NCBI GenBank assembly: GCA_013265495.1
Contig: MU062133.1
Span: 4,665,819-4,729,818, forward strand
Reading direction: 5' to 3'
DNA: 64,000 nt
Source of the DNA: Vicugna vicugna
Lineage: Eukaryota
In this document: one piece after another, positions 22,111 through 35,174 of the stretch
Layout: each line of letters opens with the position of its first letter
Numbering within the stretch: position 1 is the stretch's first letter
Program-made: the position numbers and the translations under genes
Notes under the pieces: generated by a model
What the model was told of the DNA's origin: nothing
The model's input: only the letters and a program-made list of their open reading frames with translations
Database searches by the model: none

Positions 22111-23863
22111 TTCATGATTCTTTTAAATTTCTATTTAAATGGTACTTGATTTTCATAAAATTCACTAAAAATCGGTCAGTCTCACCATCCAGACATATGT
22201 ACCATTAACATGCAACACACACACACATACATACATATTCAATTTATAGATTATATATCAGTTTCTGCTTTTTAATCATAACATTATAAATATTTTACAT
22301 GACACTAGGAATTTTTCTCTAAATGTGATTTTTAATATTTATATATGATATTTTCATATGGATATATCACAGAATGAACTTACCTGAAAGACTGGTTGGT
22401 TTTTTTTTTTTTTTAACTCTCAAGTAAAATCTGTTTCAGGACATGCCTATCAGCCCAACCTTTTGAGGGCGAGCAAAACAATCCCAGAGAAATTTCTAGC
22501 TCAGAGAGGTTGGTTATACGTCCCACATGGTGATATTTGGGCATGATGGACCCATAGTTTCCAGATTCCCCAGAGTGGCTTCCGTTAATTTGATGCTTTC
22601 TGTCTCGGAGGACACGAGGATGTCTCCTCTCAGCTGGGTCTCCGCGTCTTGGTTTGCAAAGCTTGGCTCTCTGACCGAACCAGAAGCCCTCAGCTCTTCC
22701 CAGTCAGCTGAGGAGCAAAGGGAAAGCTGTGGACTTTCCCAGCATCATTAATTGAACCTCTGGAGGGGGTCTGCGTTTACCAAAGAGAAAGATTCTTTGA
22801 GATTTTTAAATGACCAACATGAAATCAATTCCTACAAGACTAACAAATTAGGAAAGAATGAGGAAGGATGTCCAGAGAAATGACCTCAGGTCATTGCCGG
22901 GTCCTTAAAGTCCCTTCTGAATCATCAAAGAAAGCTTGCATTACCGCTAGGATGGTTATAATGTCAGGTTCAATTTATTATGTCTGGATGCCTTGAAAAT
23001 TAATCATTTAAATGTAAGTATTTTATTATTTATTTATGATCTATACCCTGCTGACTTCCAAAAGTGAACCAGAAATTGCCTGCCATGTATGTATGTGTGT
23101 GTATGTGTGTATATACACACATACACAACACACATTTGTATTTTATTCGTATTTTTGTTAAAGTAAAATGGACATTGTTTTAGCAGCAACAACAGAAATC
23201 CCCTGCTCTATTCCATTACCTCCTGACTTTGTTCCTTAAAGGCAACTGGTTTCAGCACTTTAAGTTGGTTTTTATGTGATTTATTTCCATTTTTCTACAT
23301 GCTTGTATTGGTATTTTTAAATTTATTAATGCTGGGCATTAGTCATATTGACTGCCAGTGCACCTCTAGTTGGTTACGGTGTGTTACTCATTCCTGATGG
23401 AGCACAAGGTATTACAGAATCAGAATCCAGGAAAGAGTATCTTCAATCTTCAGGTTACTTTGGTTGTCTTGAGGATTTAAGCTTCTTATAACTACCTCCG
23501 TCACTTCCTCTCTTCCCATCCTCCCAATATAATTACTTCTCAATTTGTAGTTAAATCAGTAGTCAGGATTTATACTTTTACTATGAAAATATTTTTCACT
23601 TAAAAGACAAGAATATTTCCTTTTTAAAAAAATACAGTATTTTGGTTTCTTCTGGAGTTAATAATTCTTGACATAGGACTCTGTGCATACTCTTCATTTT
23701 AAAAAATATTTTAAGTTCTAGAAAGAGTTTTTTTTTTTTTTCCCCAAGTGCTTACATCCATCAGTTATGTTTTCCCACCTGCAGAACTCCCTCCCATGGC
23801 TCTCTGTCTTCTGCTTCCATCTGGGTTGCTCCTGAAGCCTGATCCACAGCTGTCATCCTGGGA

Positions 23864-24757
23864 TGTAGGAGACTGCGTGGTAGAACATAGTCACTGTCCC
23901 TTCCTGGATAGGCATTATATTTCCAAGTCCCATTGATAACAGGCTTAGTCTTGTGGCTTGCTTGGGCCAATGAAATGTGAGTAGACGTGGCATGTGTGTG
24001 TATCACTTCTCAGAAGAAATTTTAGAGCCTGACTATGGTTTGCCATGATTTCTTTTATCCTCTGCCATGATGGCTGTCAACATTTCAGATAAAAGATGCT
24101 CCATCAGGTTAGATCTGGAGTGAGTGTTACTGAGTCCAAACTTGTTCTGCCCACTGCACAACAGGCCAGTAAATCGGGAGACAAGGTGTTGGGGCAAGGA
24201 ATAACAATATTATTTGGGAAGTCAGCAGACTGAGAAGATGGCAAACTATTGTTCTGGAGAACCACCTTCTCCAAGTCATAATTCAGGCTCCTTTTATACT
24301 AGAAAGGGGAAGAGGTGTGGTTGGTTATTGCAGACTTCTTGGTATTGGAATCCTTTGTTCTTGCAGCTGTCCACGTAGGTCAGGTCATGATGTTTCTGAA
24401 AACCTCCAAGGAGACAAATGTTATTCTCTGTTGTGCAACTTTTTGTCTCTAAATCAATGGAAAAGTGTTACACCCTTAAAGATCAGAGCCTTGAGAATGG
24501 GCTGTCCTGTAGATTTCAGGGTATAGGCAACATTCTTTTTACAAAAGGTACAGAACCAGCGTGACTCAGCCCAGGAAACAGAGCACTGGGTTAGAGCTGA
24601 AGGAGCAGATCTAACATGGCATCATCTTGTTCTTCGCTATTCCATAAGGACAACATGGAGCAGAGCCACAGCGAACGGACAGTGGACGTGCAGCAAGAAG
24701 TAAACCTTTGTAATTGTAAACTCCAGCCTCCAAGCCTAGCCTATTTTGTTTGGGACA
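23864..24757 (+). mobile_element. MLT1 (MaLR, MLT1H/I/J-type) solo LTR split by an ERV1 LTR
   Basis: 'gcttgcttgggccaatgaaatgtgagtagacgtg...ggagtgag|gacaacatggagcagagcc...agtaaacctttg...cctagcctat'; the two halves join seamlessly. Confidence 0.75.
24125..24644 (-). mobile_element. ERV1-class solo LTR (MER41-like, tentative)
   Basis: 520 bp with TG...CA termini, 4-bp TSD tgag/taag (24121-24124 / 24645-24648), minus-strand TATA (AGTATAAAAG, 24291-24300), AP-1 TGACTCA 24562-24568. Confidence 0.7.
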
Positions 24758-26724
24758 TATGACTTATCATTGCTGCCTTTTTATGTTGGCTGTTGTATTC
24801 CAGGTTTGCTGGTTTGTTTTGTTTATCTATCACCCCCCGACTCATCTATGTATCTATGTATCTGTGTATCTCTCTCTCTCTCTCTAATTGTTCAATCTCT
24901 AGTTTTGATGGAGCATAACTTAGGCTAGCTTCCTAAGAAATGTGTATGAGATGTAAAATTGTTGAGTTCTTGCATTTAAAAAAATCATTATATTTTCACA
25001 TTATTTAGCTAATTTGGCTGGGTATAGAGATTTATGTTGAAAATTGCTTTCTTCCTGAAATTGAAAGCACTGCTTCTTTGTTTTCTAATGTTCTGTGTTG
25101 CTGTTGAAAAGTCTGATGCCATTCCTTTAGGTAGATTTCTGATCTTCTTCCCTGGGAGCTTTTAAATCTTTCCTTATCTCAATGTTTTGGAACTTTACAC
25201 TGATGTAACTTACTATAAAATTTTTTTTCATTCTTTTTTTCATTTTTGAATCCTGGAGCTCATGTCCTTTCCTCTTAGGAAATTTTGTTTAAAAAAAGCA
25301 AATCATGTCTTAAGTCATTTTCTACACTATAAGTTTTCTCTTTCTATAAATAGTGTAAGTCAGATGTTAGGGATCCTGGATTGATCCTGACAATTCATCT
25401 TTTTTGTTCTATTTTCCAAATCTTTTCTATTGAAGAAGATCTAGAAGATTCCTCATTTTTATTTTCTACTCTTTTTTATTGAATTTTCCATCTTAGCTAA
25501 GCTAAAATTATTTAAAGTATTCATTTATGGGAGAATAGAGAGAAGATGACTTTGGGAAATCTAAATCCACAATATTTAGCTGTAAAATTTGTGTGAACCT
25601 TAAAGTCACTGGGTTTAGTGTCTCCCATCCCCAGTCCCACCCCTAATTCAACAGAGGCAGGGGATGGTTCCCAGAAAGGAAAAGGGCTTGTCTAAGGTAA
25701 CGTACCACCTCCTACTTCAAATCAGCTGCCTTTCCACCACCATGTTGTGCCTCTCCTCTGATCATGGCTGAAACGTTGTTTCAGTTGTACTAAAAGGCAC
25801 GTTTTAAATTAGATTTTGAATGAAAGTAAACACTGAAGATTGGCTGGGGCACCATAAAAACTGGGCACTTGATGGTCAGTGAGCATCACTCAGGGATGTG
25901 AAAATGTAGTTCCTCTTCCATCTCTGACTTACTCTCTGATTTTGGCAAGTCATTTTGTCTTTCTAGACTTTGGTGTCCTCATCTACATACTGAGAAGCCT
26001 GGAGTAGTTCATTGCTTTTCAAATTATATTCCTTAGAGCCCCAAGAGTTCTATGGGGCCTTGGCCCTGATGGCTTGGGGAAGGGGCTGAAATAGGAAAAG
26101 GGAGTTAGGGCTTTGGGCCCTAACTCTACTTCTGCCTGAGCAGTTCCACTTGGATCTTTTTTTATGTATTTGGTTTTTAGGTAAGCTTTTACTGCAAAAA
26201 CTAGATTCTGTGGCTAAATGGTTGAGAACCACTGAACCAAACTTCTCTAGGTTTTCTTTTGGCTTTTCTGCCTCTCTGATTAGAGATGTTCTTTCAGGGA
26301 CTCACTTAGACAGGCTCAAATTTATACGCTGTCGAGCTCCCTGGAGTTCCTATAAATTAGGATGCACATCGAGATAATTACCATTCTGGAATTCTAAGCA
26401 CTTAAATACAAGTCAATCCTTATAACCCCCTTTTAAACCAATTGCCTCACTGCAGACATGGTCACTCAATATATATCATCGAATGCCAATAAAACAGGAA
26501 ACTCGATCCTACCATTTCCCCGATTAGATAGTACACGGGTTAAAGCCAGAATCTCAGCCATCATTCTGCTGGCAGGATCTTGCTTCTCTCCGCAGAGTCA
26601 AACGCTGGTTGTCAGGCCAGGCGCAGGGGTGTACCCAGTCCCCTTGGCCTCCCATCCCCTTGGCTCTGGAGAGTCACAGAATAGACCAGCTTTCAGTTCC
26701 TTGCCTTTGAGAAGGAAACATTTT

Positions 26725-27442
26725 TTTTCTTCTTTTTTTTTTAATTGAAGTATAGTTTATTTACAATATTATGTTAATTTCTGGTGTACAGCATAGTGAT
26801 TCAGTTATACATATATATATATATATTCTTTTTCATTATGGATTATTATAAGCTATTGCATGTAATTCCCTGTGCTATACTGTAGGACCTTGCTGTTTAT
26901 CTATTTTATATACAGTTGTTTGTATCTACTAACCCCGGACTTTTGATTTATCCCTCCCCATCCTTTTCCCCTTTGGTGACCATGAGTTTATATTCTATGT
27001 TTGTGAGTCTGTTTCTGTGTTGTAAATAAGTTCATTTGTCTCATCTTTTTAGCTTCCACGTATAAGTGATATCATGTGATATTTGTCTTTTTCTGTCTGA
27101 CTTCCTTCACTTAGTAAGATAATCTCTAGGTCCATCCATGTTGCTGCAAATGGCATTATTTCATTCTTTTTTAGGATTGAGTAGTATTCCACTGTATCTT
27201 CTTTATCTATTCATCTGTTGATGGACATTTAGGTTAATTCCTTGTCTTGGCAATTGTAAACAGTGCTGCTATGAACACTGGGGTGCATGTATCTTCTCAA
27301 ATTGGAGTTTTCTCTCTATATATGCCCAGGAGTGGGATTGCTAGAGCATATGGTAAGTCTATTTTTAGTTTTTAAAGGAATCTCCATACTGTTTTCCATA
27401 GTGGCTGCACAAAATTGCACTCCCACCAACAGTGTTGGAATA
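26725..27442 (-). mobile_element. 5'-truncated Cetartiodactyla-type L1 with poly(A) and TSD
   Basis: T-rich tail, 'taattgaagtatagtttatttacaat...aggtccatccatgttgctgcaaatggcatt...cccaccaacagtg'; TSD GAAGGAAACATTTT at 26711-26724 and 27447-27460. Confidence 0.92.
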
Positions 27443-27719
27443 TTGGGAAGGAAACATTTTCTGCTCTGTTCGACCACGTTTAATAATCATGAAAGGAAAC
27501 AATAGGTCTAGGCCAAACACGACTGTCAAATGGCAGGGCTGGGAGTGAGCAGACCAGCGTCAGAGCCTGGGATTAAGGAAGCCAAGATCAGTGATGGATC
27601 CCAGAGGACCAGGAGGACAGCTTCACCAGGGTATACCTGCTCTGAAAAAGAGCCTGGTGACATGAGGGACTGAGCCAGAAAATGGTTTTAGGACTCTGAA
27701 ATCAGAATGCTCTTCCTAG

Positions 27720-27850
27720 AAAGCCCTTAGTAACTATATGATAGACCCTCCTCATTGGATACATGGAAAAACTAAAGCTCAGAGAGGGGACACCCCTTGC
27801 CCAGGGTCACTCGCAAGTCAGTATTTCACTTCTCCCGGCCTACGTTTGCA
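27720..27850 (-). mobile_element. MIR SINE
   Basis: 'catggaaaaactaaagctcagagaggg...cttgcccagggtcac'. Confidence 0.7.
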
Positions 27851-30419
27851 AGTCCCCAGGCATCTCTGAACAGGGACAGGGCACTTAACTAAGGTAACTG
27901 ACAAGGAATGTTTTCTTGAGAAGGGAGGGCGAAAGCATCAGACTTTCCCTCTGTGGACCATTACTCAATAGACAGAAGCCAGTGCTCCATTAGCCAAACT
28001 CAGACCAAATTCATCACCATGTGAGATGCGGGACCTCACACAGGACCAGGGACTTCAGAGAGTATCCAGTGTATGTGGGAATGTCTTCCTGTCTCCCCTG
28101 GCTCTCAGCCCACACCAGTCTGTGCCTGTCGTTAAGTTTATCTTGAGTTAAAAATACCACCACACCCCAGACACTCAGTCCTTGGGCCACCTCTGTTATG
28201 TTTATTCCTGATAGAGCATCCTGTCCTTTCTGAGGTTGACAGTCTGTGGCACTCCTCATAAGGACAGGGAACACACACGTATCATTTTCTTCTGTAAATA
28301 GTCATTCAATTAATGAACATCCACCGAGAGGAGGCGGCTCATTCCAGCCTCCCTGGCTGAGGGTTTTGGTTTCAGGAAAATGCAGATCGGGCAGCAGATG
28401 AAATAAAGCCATCACCAGCCCCCAGGACAGTCTCAAGAGGGGGGACTCTCTCTGTCTTCTACAGTTGTTGCCAGGGAGCAATTTGCCCTTGAATCCAACA
28501 TACCACCCTGAAACTGACAATTTCATTTCCCTCCCAGCCCGCCCCCTGCCCCAAAGATCTGCTGAAACCGCGAGTTCCATCTGAGAAGCCGGCAGGATAA
28601 TAGGTGAGTTCCATCCATCAGTCAGCGATAATAGTCACAGACGTTCGCGACGCCTTTTGTCTGCTGGTTTCCCTGAGGATGCAGGCTGGGGACCTGGGGT
28701 ATTTGCACTGCCTTTGTGTGTGTGTGCTTTTAAAATCAGTCCTCTTGTTTACTTTCCTGCCTTCACCCAGGCTGTTTACTACCTTTAGAGGGGCCCAGCC
28801 GCTAAGTCAACACGCATTAAGACCCAACATCAAAATGTCATAATACGAATGAGCAGAATTCGGAAAGGCCAGGGACATTGGCCGCTCTGTTGGGTTCTGT
28901 TTAGTCTGAGGGTAATGAAGAGCTCACAGATGACCTGATTCCATTAAACTAGGTCAGATTCCGCTGAAAAGCGGCTATGACTCTCACCCAGTTAACCAGC
29001 GAGCCCTCCCTCCCTCCACCCCCGCCCCCACCTCGGGGCTTGAATGCTTTCTGGGAATTAACGCTGAGTTTTGTCAATACAGTAGCTAAATCTCCATGGA
29101 ATAATTGGACCTTTCCCTTTGGCTTCTGTTTGTGCAGTGGTGAGGCCAAGCACGGGGTGGGGGTGGCGGGGACGGGTGTGGAAGGCTGGGGAACGCGGAT
29201 GTTGCCTTTTGGAGGACGTTACCCACAGGGTGCAGGACGTATGATTCAGTTGTAGCAGATTGCTCTTGAGCCAAACATTCAGAGTTCCAGCATCTTATCT
29301 GAGGGCTGTATTGACGGAAGCAGCTGAACCGACTCAGGGAGGAGTTACCATGCAAACAAGGCTTTCAATGTGTGCTGTCTCCCCAGGCACAGCTTCAGAA
29401 ATCCCGCGGTGGGGAGCAGGGGAGGGACTGTCTGAGAGTGGAGGCAGGAGGCAGGAGGCAGTGGTGTCTGAAGGGCTGCTGGAGGCCGAGCGCCTGTCCT
29501 CCTCCTCTGCGCTCTGGAGGGCAAGACTGGGTCAGTGGTGGGCATTCTGGGCACGCAGACTTCACTCATCCACATAGAAGAAAGCATTTCTGACGGTTAG
29601 CACTGCACAGAGGTTGGACGGGCTGTCAGATGAGATCGTTGGTTAGACTTTATTAAGCATCCGCTGTCTCAGGACGATGTCGGGCACTCCGTCTACCTTT
29701 GCTCTGAGCTCCACAACGTCCATTGAAGGTGAGAGATGAGGGCGCTGAGGGTTAGAAATCCTAAGTGACCAGAGCGAATATGTGGCAGGGTCAGGATATG
29801 GACACGGATCGTTCTGCGCTTCTCCCCTTTCCACGGCCCCCACTGTCCCTTCCCTCTTGCTCAGGAGCGGGAGCTTTGAGCGTCGCTGGGATTTTGCAGA
29901 GGGGATTTGTGCCCGGAGGGTGAATTATGCATCGATGGAGGCTGGACCAGGTGCTTTCTCCAGCAAACTTTCTCCAGGAGAATTGTGACACTTGAGGATG
30001 GCAAAGTTCAGATTTTTTTCTTCTTAAAGAAACTGAGGGGAAGATCCTTGGAAGCAATTTCAGAACACCATCCCCCTCACCTCCTGCTTGTCCAGATCTC
30101 AACCTCCTAGCTCCATCTCCTTGGGGCTGCTTCTCTGGCCAGCTCAGGCCTGCGGGGTCTCTTGTCTGGGGCATCCACAGGACGGACTGGACAAGTTGCT
30201 CCCTGGGGACTGAGCTTACTGGGTGCTGGGCACGCTGCTTCACTGGCTGAAGGTCTGGCCTCCCTGAGGACTGGCTTAAATCCTGAACATCCGAGTCCCA
30301 CCCAGCAACAGGTAAAGGCTGTGAACACAGTTGGTTTCTGAGGACACACTAAGTATCAGTCTCCACTTGTACAGAGCAGGAAGAGGAAGTGTCTCCCAGG
30401 GCCTGGCGTCTGGAGACGT

Positions 30420-30590
30420 AGGACAGATTCTATTTCTAGTTTAATCTCTGCTTCTTCCTGTGAACCTTGGACTGTGACACTTCCCCTGGACCTCCATTTC
30501 TTTTTCTTTATGGCGGAGGTTTTAATATACATCTTACAGAGTTATGGTGAGGATCCTATGAGATCGGGCATGTAAACGGGCTCAGGGGGC
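30420..30590 (+). mobile_element. MIR SINE
   Basis: 'ctgtgaaccttggactgtgacacttcccctggacctccatttc...gttatggtgaggatcctatgagat'. Confidence 0.65.
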
Positions 30591-30624
30591 TCGAAAGGGC
30601 TACAGAGATGTGAAAAGTTCCCCT

Positions 30625-31140
30625 TAGGCTGCAGAAAGCAACTTGAATTAACTTAAGCAAGACAAGAGGAAGTTATTTTAAAGAGAGGGTTCAGAGGTAG
30701 CTCTCTCAAGCCTCAGGAGGAATTGGAATCCAGAAACGTCAGTCCTTGTGAAACCCGAGCAGCCTTCTCCTTCCGTTACCTCTCCTCTTCCCTGACCGTC
30801 CGTTTCTTTCTCTCTCTCCGTTTGCCGGTCTCTCCGTGGCGTAGAAGACGGCTGCCCCAACGCTGCTGAATTTATAGGACGCAGGACCCAGTCACAGCAG
30901 GAGAATCCGTCTCTCTCTGTTTGTCTCTCTCAACTCAAAATTCCTGAGTCGGGACATGGATTGGCCCAGTTTGGTCAGGTTATGACTCCCCATGGAATCA
31001 TCCGTGGCCAGAGGGGTGGAGTCACCCTGTGCAAGCAGGTGTGGGGGCCTCTTCCCTGCAGCTATGTGGACAGGGTGGATGTATGTGCAGGGAGTTCTAA
31101 AGAAGAGGTGGCAGTTCCTGGGCTGCACAGGCAGCTCATA
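30625..31140 (-). mobile_element. Old MLT1 (K/L/N/O-type) LTR
   Basis: 'gctgcagaaagcaacttgaattaacttaagcaa...gattggcccagtttggtcagg'. Confidence 0.55.
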
Positions 31141-31159
31141 GATACCCATCATACTTGCT

Positions 31160-31723
31160 CTGATTATCTAAGGCTGTGAAACAAAGTACCGCACAATTCA
31201 GAGGCTTAAAACAACCATTTAGTATGCTCACTGAATCTCTGGGTCAGGAATTCTAACAGGGAGCAGAGGGAGTGACTTGTTTTTGCTCCATGATGTCTGG
31301 GGCCTTCGCTGCCAGATTCAAAGTTTGGGGCTGGAATCATCTGAAGGCTCGTTTGGTCATATGATTCGCAGTAGCTGCTGGCTGTCGGCTGGGGGGCTCG
31401 GTTCCGCTCCGTCTCATCTTCCCCACGTGGTGGGCTGCTTGGGCTCCCTCACAGCATGGTGGCTGGGTTCCAAGGGTGAGCATTTCAAGGGCCAGGCTGA
31501 AGTCACATCGCCTTTTCCACCCGGCCTTGAAAGTCACACAGCATCACTTGTACACACTGTATTCCATAGCCTTCGTTGGAAGCGAGTCACTGAGGCCGGC
31601 TCATGGTCAAAGAGAAGGGAAATTAAACTTGACCTTTTGATAAGAGGAGAGGCAACAGTCTAGACAAACACATGGGATCATAAATATTACTGTGGTTTTG
31701 GGGGGAGAATAAAATCTGCCACA
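31160..31723 (-). mobile_element. MLT1 (F/G/H-type) LTR
   Basis: 'ctgtgaaacaaagtaccgcacaattcagaggcttaaaacaacc...cacagcatggtggctgggttccaagg...ttgaaagtcacacagcatcactt...aaaatctgccaca'. Confidence 0.8.
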
Positions 31724-33533
31724 GTGCTCATAATCATTCTAATAAAACTTTGCAAGTAAGAACCCGAGGGACCACCTGATAGGGTTATAGAATTAAACCA
31801 GAGGTTTCCCAAATCAGTTTGGCTCAAGGTTCCCCTGGGCCAAAAGAAATACCTAATGGTTCTGTTTATTAAGTAGTTATAGCCAACAACTCAGAAATTA
31901 TTTATCTCTCCACAAATTAGGAGCCATTTGAAATAGTAATTCCCACCAAGTGAAAGAGAAGGGACTATTTTTATTTCATCCTTAAAGAACGCCAACGAGG
32001 CGGATGTGTGAGGTATGTCCCTGCTTCTCAGGTCCTGGGCTCTGACTGGGCGCCACCACCTTCACTTCCGGTTCCACGCTGGTTTTCTCACTGCACCTGC
32101 TTGTTGTCGCTGACAGCCCCCTGAGCCCAGCTCTGCAAGGATTTGGTGTCCTCGAACGGACTGTAGCACGACCGAACGGTGAAACACAGAACAACCTGGA
32201 GCTCACGGTTTGTGCGGTGACTGGTGGATGTCAGGAATTGCTCTGAAATGTAAAATGCTCTTTCCTCGCCTGTGAATCTGCTGTGGGTCTCTGCGTACCT
32301 CAGCACACGGGTAGGGAGTCATGGGCTTCAACGTAGTGGGATCCAGAACGAGGGCCTGATAAACATGCCAGAGTTACAGTTTCTTAACAGATATTCAACT
32401 TCCCGACAAGGGCATTCAGACTTCTGATTTCTAGGATGTGCTGAATTTGGGTAATTTTGAGTCCTGGGTGGTTTGGTTGGTTTGTCAAACTCATGAATCT
32501 TAGGGAAGCACTTTGGCTTTCTTTCATTTGTAAGAGGTGGGAAACCATCACCTCCCCTTCTCTTAAGGATAGTAAACTGTGAGTTACATATTGCCTTTAA
32601 GACACTGACAGTTGCTCTGGAAGATGTCACGTCGAGACCAAAGGGACGGCATAATATAGGGGGTACATATCTATGTGACAAGACTTGCCAAAGCCCAGCC
32701 ACACTGGTGGACAAAGGCTGAGTGTCATTTAACTCCAAACTTAAAGCAGTAATCTTTCCACTACCTGACATAAGGTGAAATCTTGTATGAGTGGTAAAAA
32801 AATTCCAGATGAACCCACCCCATCTCCAAACCAAAGAGTTTTTGAGGCTTCTGAGACTAAATGAAATTAGAATATTGACATATTCTCCAAGGCAATTTCT
32901 TATTTAGTTCAGAACTTTCTATATGACCCTATGAGGTCATTTTGTAGCTTTTAGTTCCGTCTGAGCACTGAGGTAGTAAGAAGTCTTTTTTTTTCTGAAG
33001 TTACTCGACAAGTTTCAAATTAAAGAGAAAATATGCATTCATCTAGAGAGTTCACCTCCCTGATCTAGAAAATATGGCCCCATTTCTTCCTCTCTTTCTC
33101 TCTCTGTCTCTCTCTCTCTCGGTTTCTCATAATTCTCAGCCAAGACAATGGGAGTCATGTGATATGACCGAGAAATTGGGCCAGTTAAAAATAGAAGGCA
33201 TACTCCACCAAGTTCATTAGAAAGTTGAAGTTTCATTGTTGGTTGCCCTTAATTTATCTCTGCCTGCCACCTGGGTAGGGGGGCAGGACAACAGACAATC
33301 ACCGATTCAGGGAGCCAGGGCCCCCCGTCCCCCACCCCATCCTCTGGTTCTATGTCCTCCCCTGGCTGAGCAGCTCTGCTGATTGGAGCTCACCTGGGCC
33401 CTGATGACCTCCTCTCCGGACCCCAGGGAGCTCTCTCCTCTGGGAGCAGTTCGAGTTGTGAAAAAGCTCCGCTTGGCTTCTCCTCTCTCTTGGCAGCAGC
33501 TCTGCCTCGTGTATTCAAGACAGCACTGAATTT

Positions 33534-33991
33534 TTAGGGTATTGTGGGTTCAGTTTCAGATCACAGCAATAAAACAAATATAGCAAGAAAGTGAGTCACA
33601 CATATTTTTCGGGTTTCCCAGTGCATATAAAAGTTATGTTCACAATATANNNNNNNNNNNNNNNNNNNNNNNNNNNNNNNNNNNNNNNNNNNNNNNNNNN
33701 NNNNNNNNNNNNNNNNNNNNNNNNNNNNNNNNNNNNNNNNNNNNNNNNNNNNNNNNNNNNNNNNNNNNNNNNNNNNNNNNNGATCACCGATCACAGATCC
33801 ACAAAACAAATAAAATAATGATGAAAAATTTTGAAATATTGCCATATTTACCAAAATGTGATAGAGAGACATGAAGTGAGCCAATGCTGTTGGAAAAATT
33901 ACACCAGTAGACTTGCTCGATGCAAGGCTGCCACAAACCTTCACGTAAAAAATGCAGTATCTGCGAAGCCCAATAAAATGATGTCTGTCTG
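33534..33991. mobile_element. Internally deleted Tigger1 derivative (Tigger1a-like), spanning a gap
   Basis: Both Tigger1 termini: 'tattgtgggttcagtttcagatcacagcaataaa...cccagtgcatataaaagttatgtt' and 'gatcaccgatcacagatc...ccacaaaccttca...ctgcgaag...aataaaatga...ctg' followed by TA. Confidence 0.85.
33650..33781. other. Assembly gap (132 N)
   Basis: Run of N. Confidence 1.
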
Positions 33992-34039
33992 TACCTTAGT
34001 GAACGTTCAAGAAGACACTGCAATCTCTTTTTAAGATGT

Positions 34040-34360
34040 TGACCTCTGCCTTCTCCCATTTATTCATTCAGTGCTTGCAGAACACCTTCTATGTGGAAGA
34101 CTCGGCGCCTCCAAGGACCCAGCGATGGATGAGGAACGGGCTTGTCTGCAGGAGGCAGACATCAAAAGTCCGTGCTTCAGGACAGCGTGTTGGGTACAGT
34201 GAGCTTACACGGTGCAGCGTGTGGCAAAGGGGATGCTGCTGCAGAATTCTGTGGTAGAAGTCTTCAGAGAAGGAAAACACTCTGACCTGGGTCTTTTAAG
34301 AGAGATGAGTTGGGAGTGACAGGCAGGTGGTAAGGCCATTCCTGGAGCGGGGAACACCTT
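34040..34360 (-). mobile_element. L2 fragment
   Basis: 'catttattcattcagtgcttgc...gtagaagtcttcagagaagg...gacctgggtcttttaag'. Confidence 0.6.
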
Positions 34361-35174
34361 CTCTATTCCTCCCTGATGGCATCACGAGACAGAAAGCACG
34401 GGGCTCTATCAGCGCTGTGTAACATAGCAAATGAGGAAGGTCATTGACAAACTAACCAGGGTGCTTCTGAATTTGCAAGAAGCTTCTGACCCCTTTGGGA
34501 CTCACCACCATATCTGAGCTGTTCTGTTAACAATACCCGAGGGTCTGTGCCTGGCACCAGGCAGCCTTCCCTGGGTGGGAGATACCCAGCGAGGGGATCG
34601 CTCTGGTTTTGAAATGCAGATCGAATGATGCAAGCTTTATTTCCATCTTTACCTCATACGTGCCAAGAAAGGGCTCAATATATCCCTCCCCATCACCCCC
34701 AAATAAAGAGAGGAGATCAAAACCCCCACCTTGAGAAGCTCTGGAATCCCACAGCCTTGGCCCTGTTTGCATCGCCTCGTCCATTCCCACAGAACAGTCT
34801 AGTCAGGGGTGGGTTTCAATTTACCTGGGATCAGGTTGGAAGGCTGAGTGCCCGCCAATTACCTCTCTAAAGGCAGGGCCTGGGACCAGAGAATGGAAGC
34901 GGGCATCATGTCAGGCATGTGTGATTACAGGTGAAAGGGGGAATTCAGGCGGGAGAATTGAGGGGAGGGGAGGAGGAAGCAGAGCCGGAGGGATTATGTG
35001 TCCCTGTGGGCCCTTCAGGAGGCCCGCTGCTCCTGCTCGCCCTGATCCGGTGACGGCAGAGGGGCTGCATTCGTACAGCTCAGCACACACCGAGGGCTTC
35101 CGCCTGGGGCGGTAGAAAGGGCAGGGCGTTGGGTGTCACCTCGACGTGGGCCAGAAGCACCGCGGTGGCTCCGG

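Larger units (their letters stand above)
23130..25500 (-). mobile_element. HAL1/L1ME-like element interrupted by LTR insertions
   Basis: 'ctaatttggctgggtatagagatttatgttgaaaattgctttcttcc...gttgctgttgaaaagtctgatgccattc' resembles HAL1; the left AT-rich segment 23130-23860 appears to continue it. Confidence 0.5.

Noticed and set aside
28465-28603. 139-nt segment with a good acceptor (tctgtcttctacAG) and donor (AG|GTGAGT)
   Set aside because: Stops in all three frames, so not a coding exon; a non-coding exon cannot be supported without RNA data
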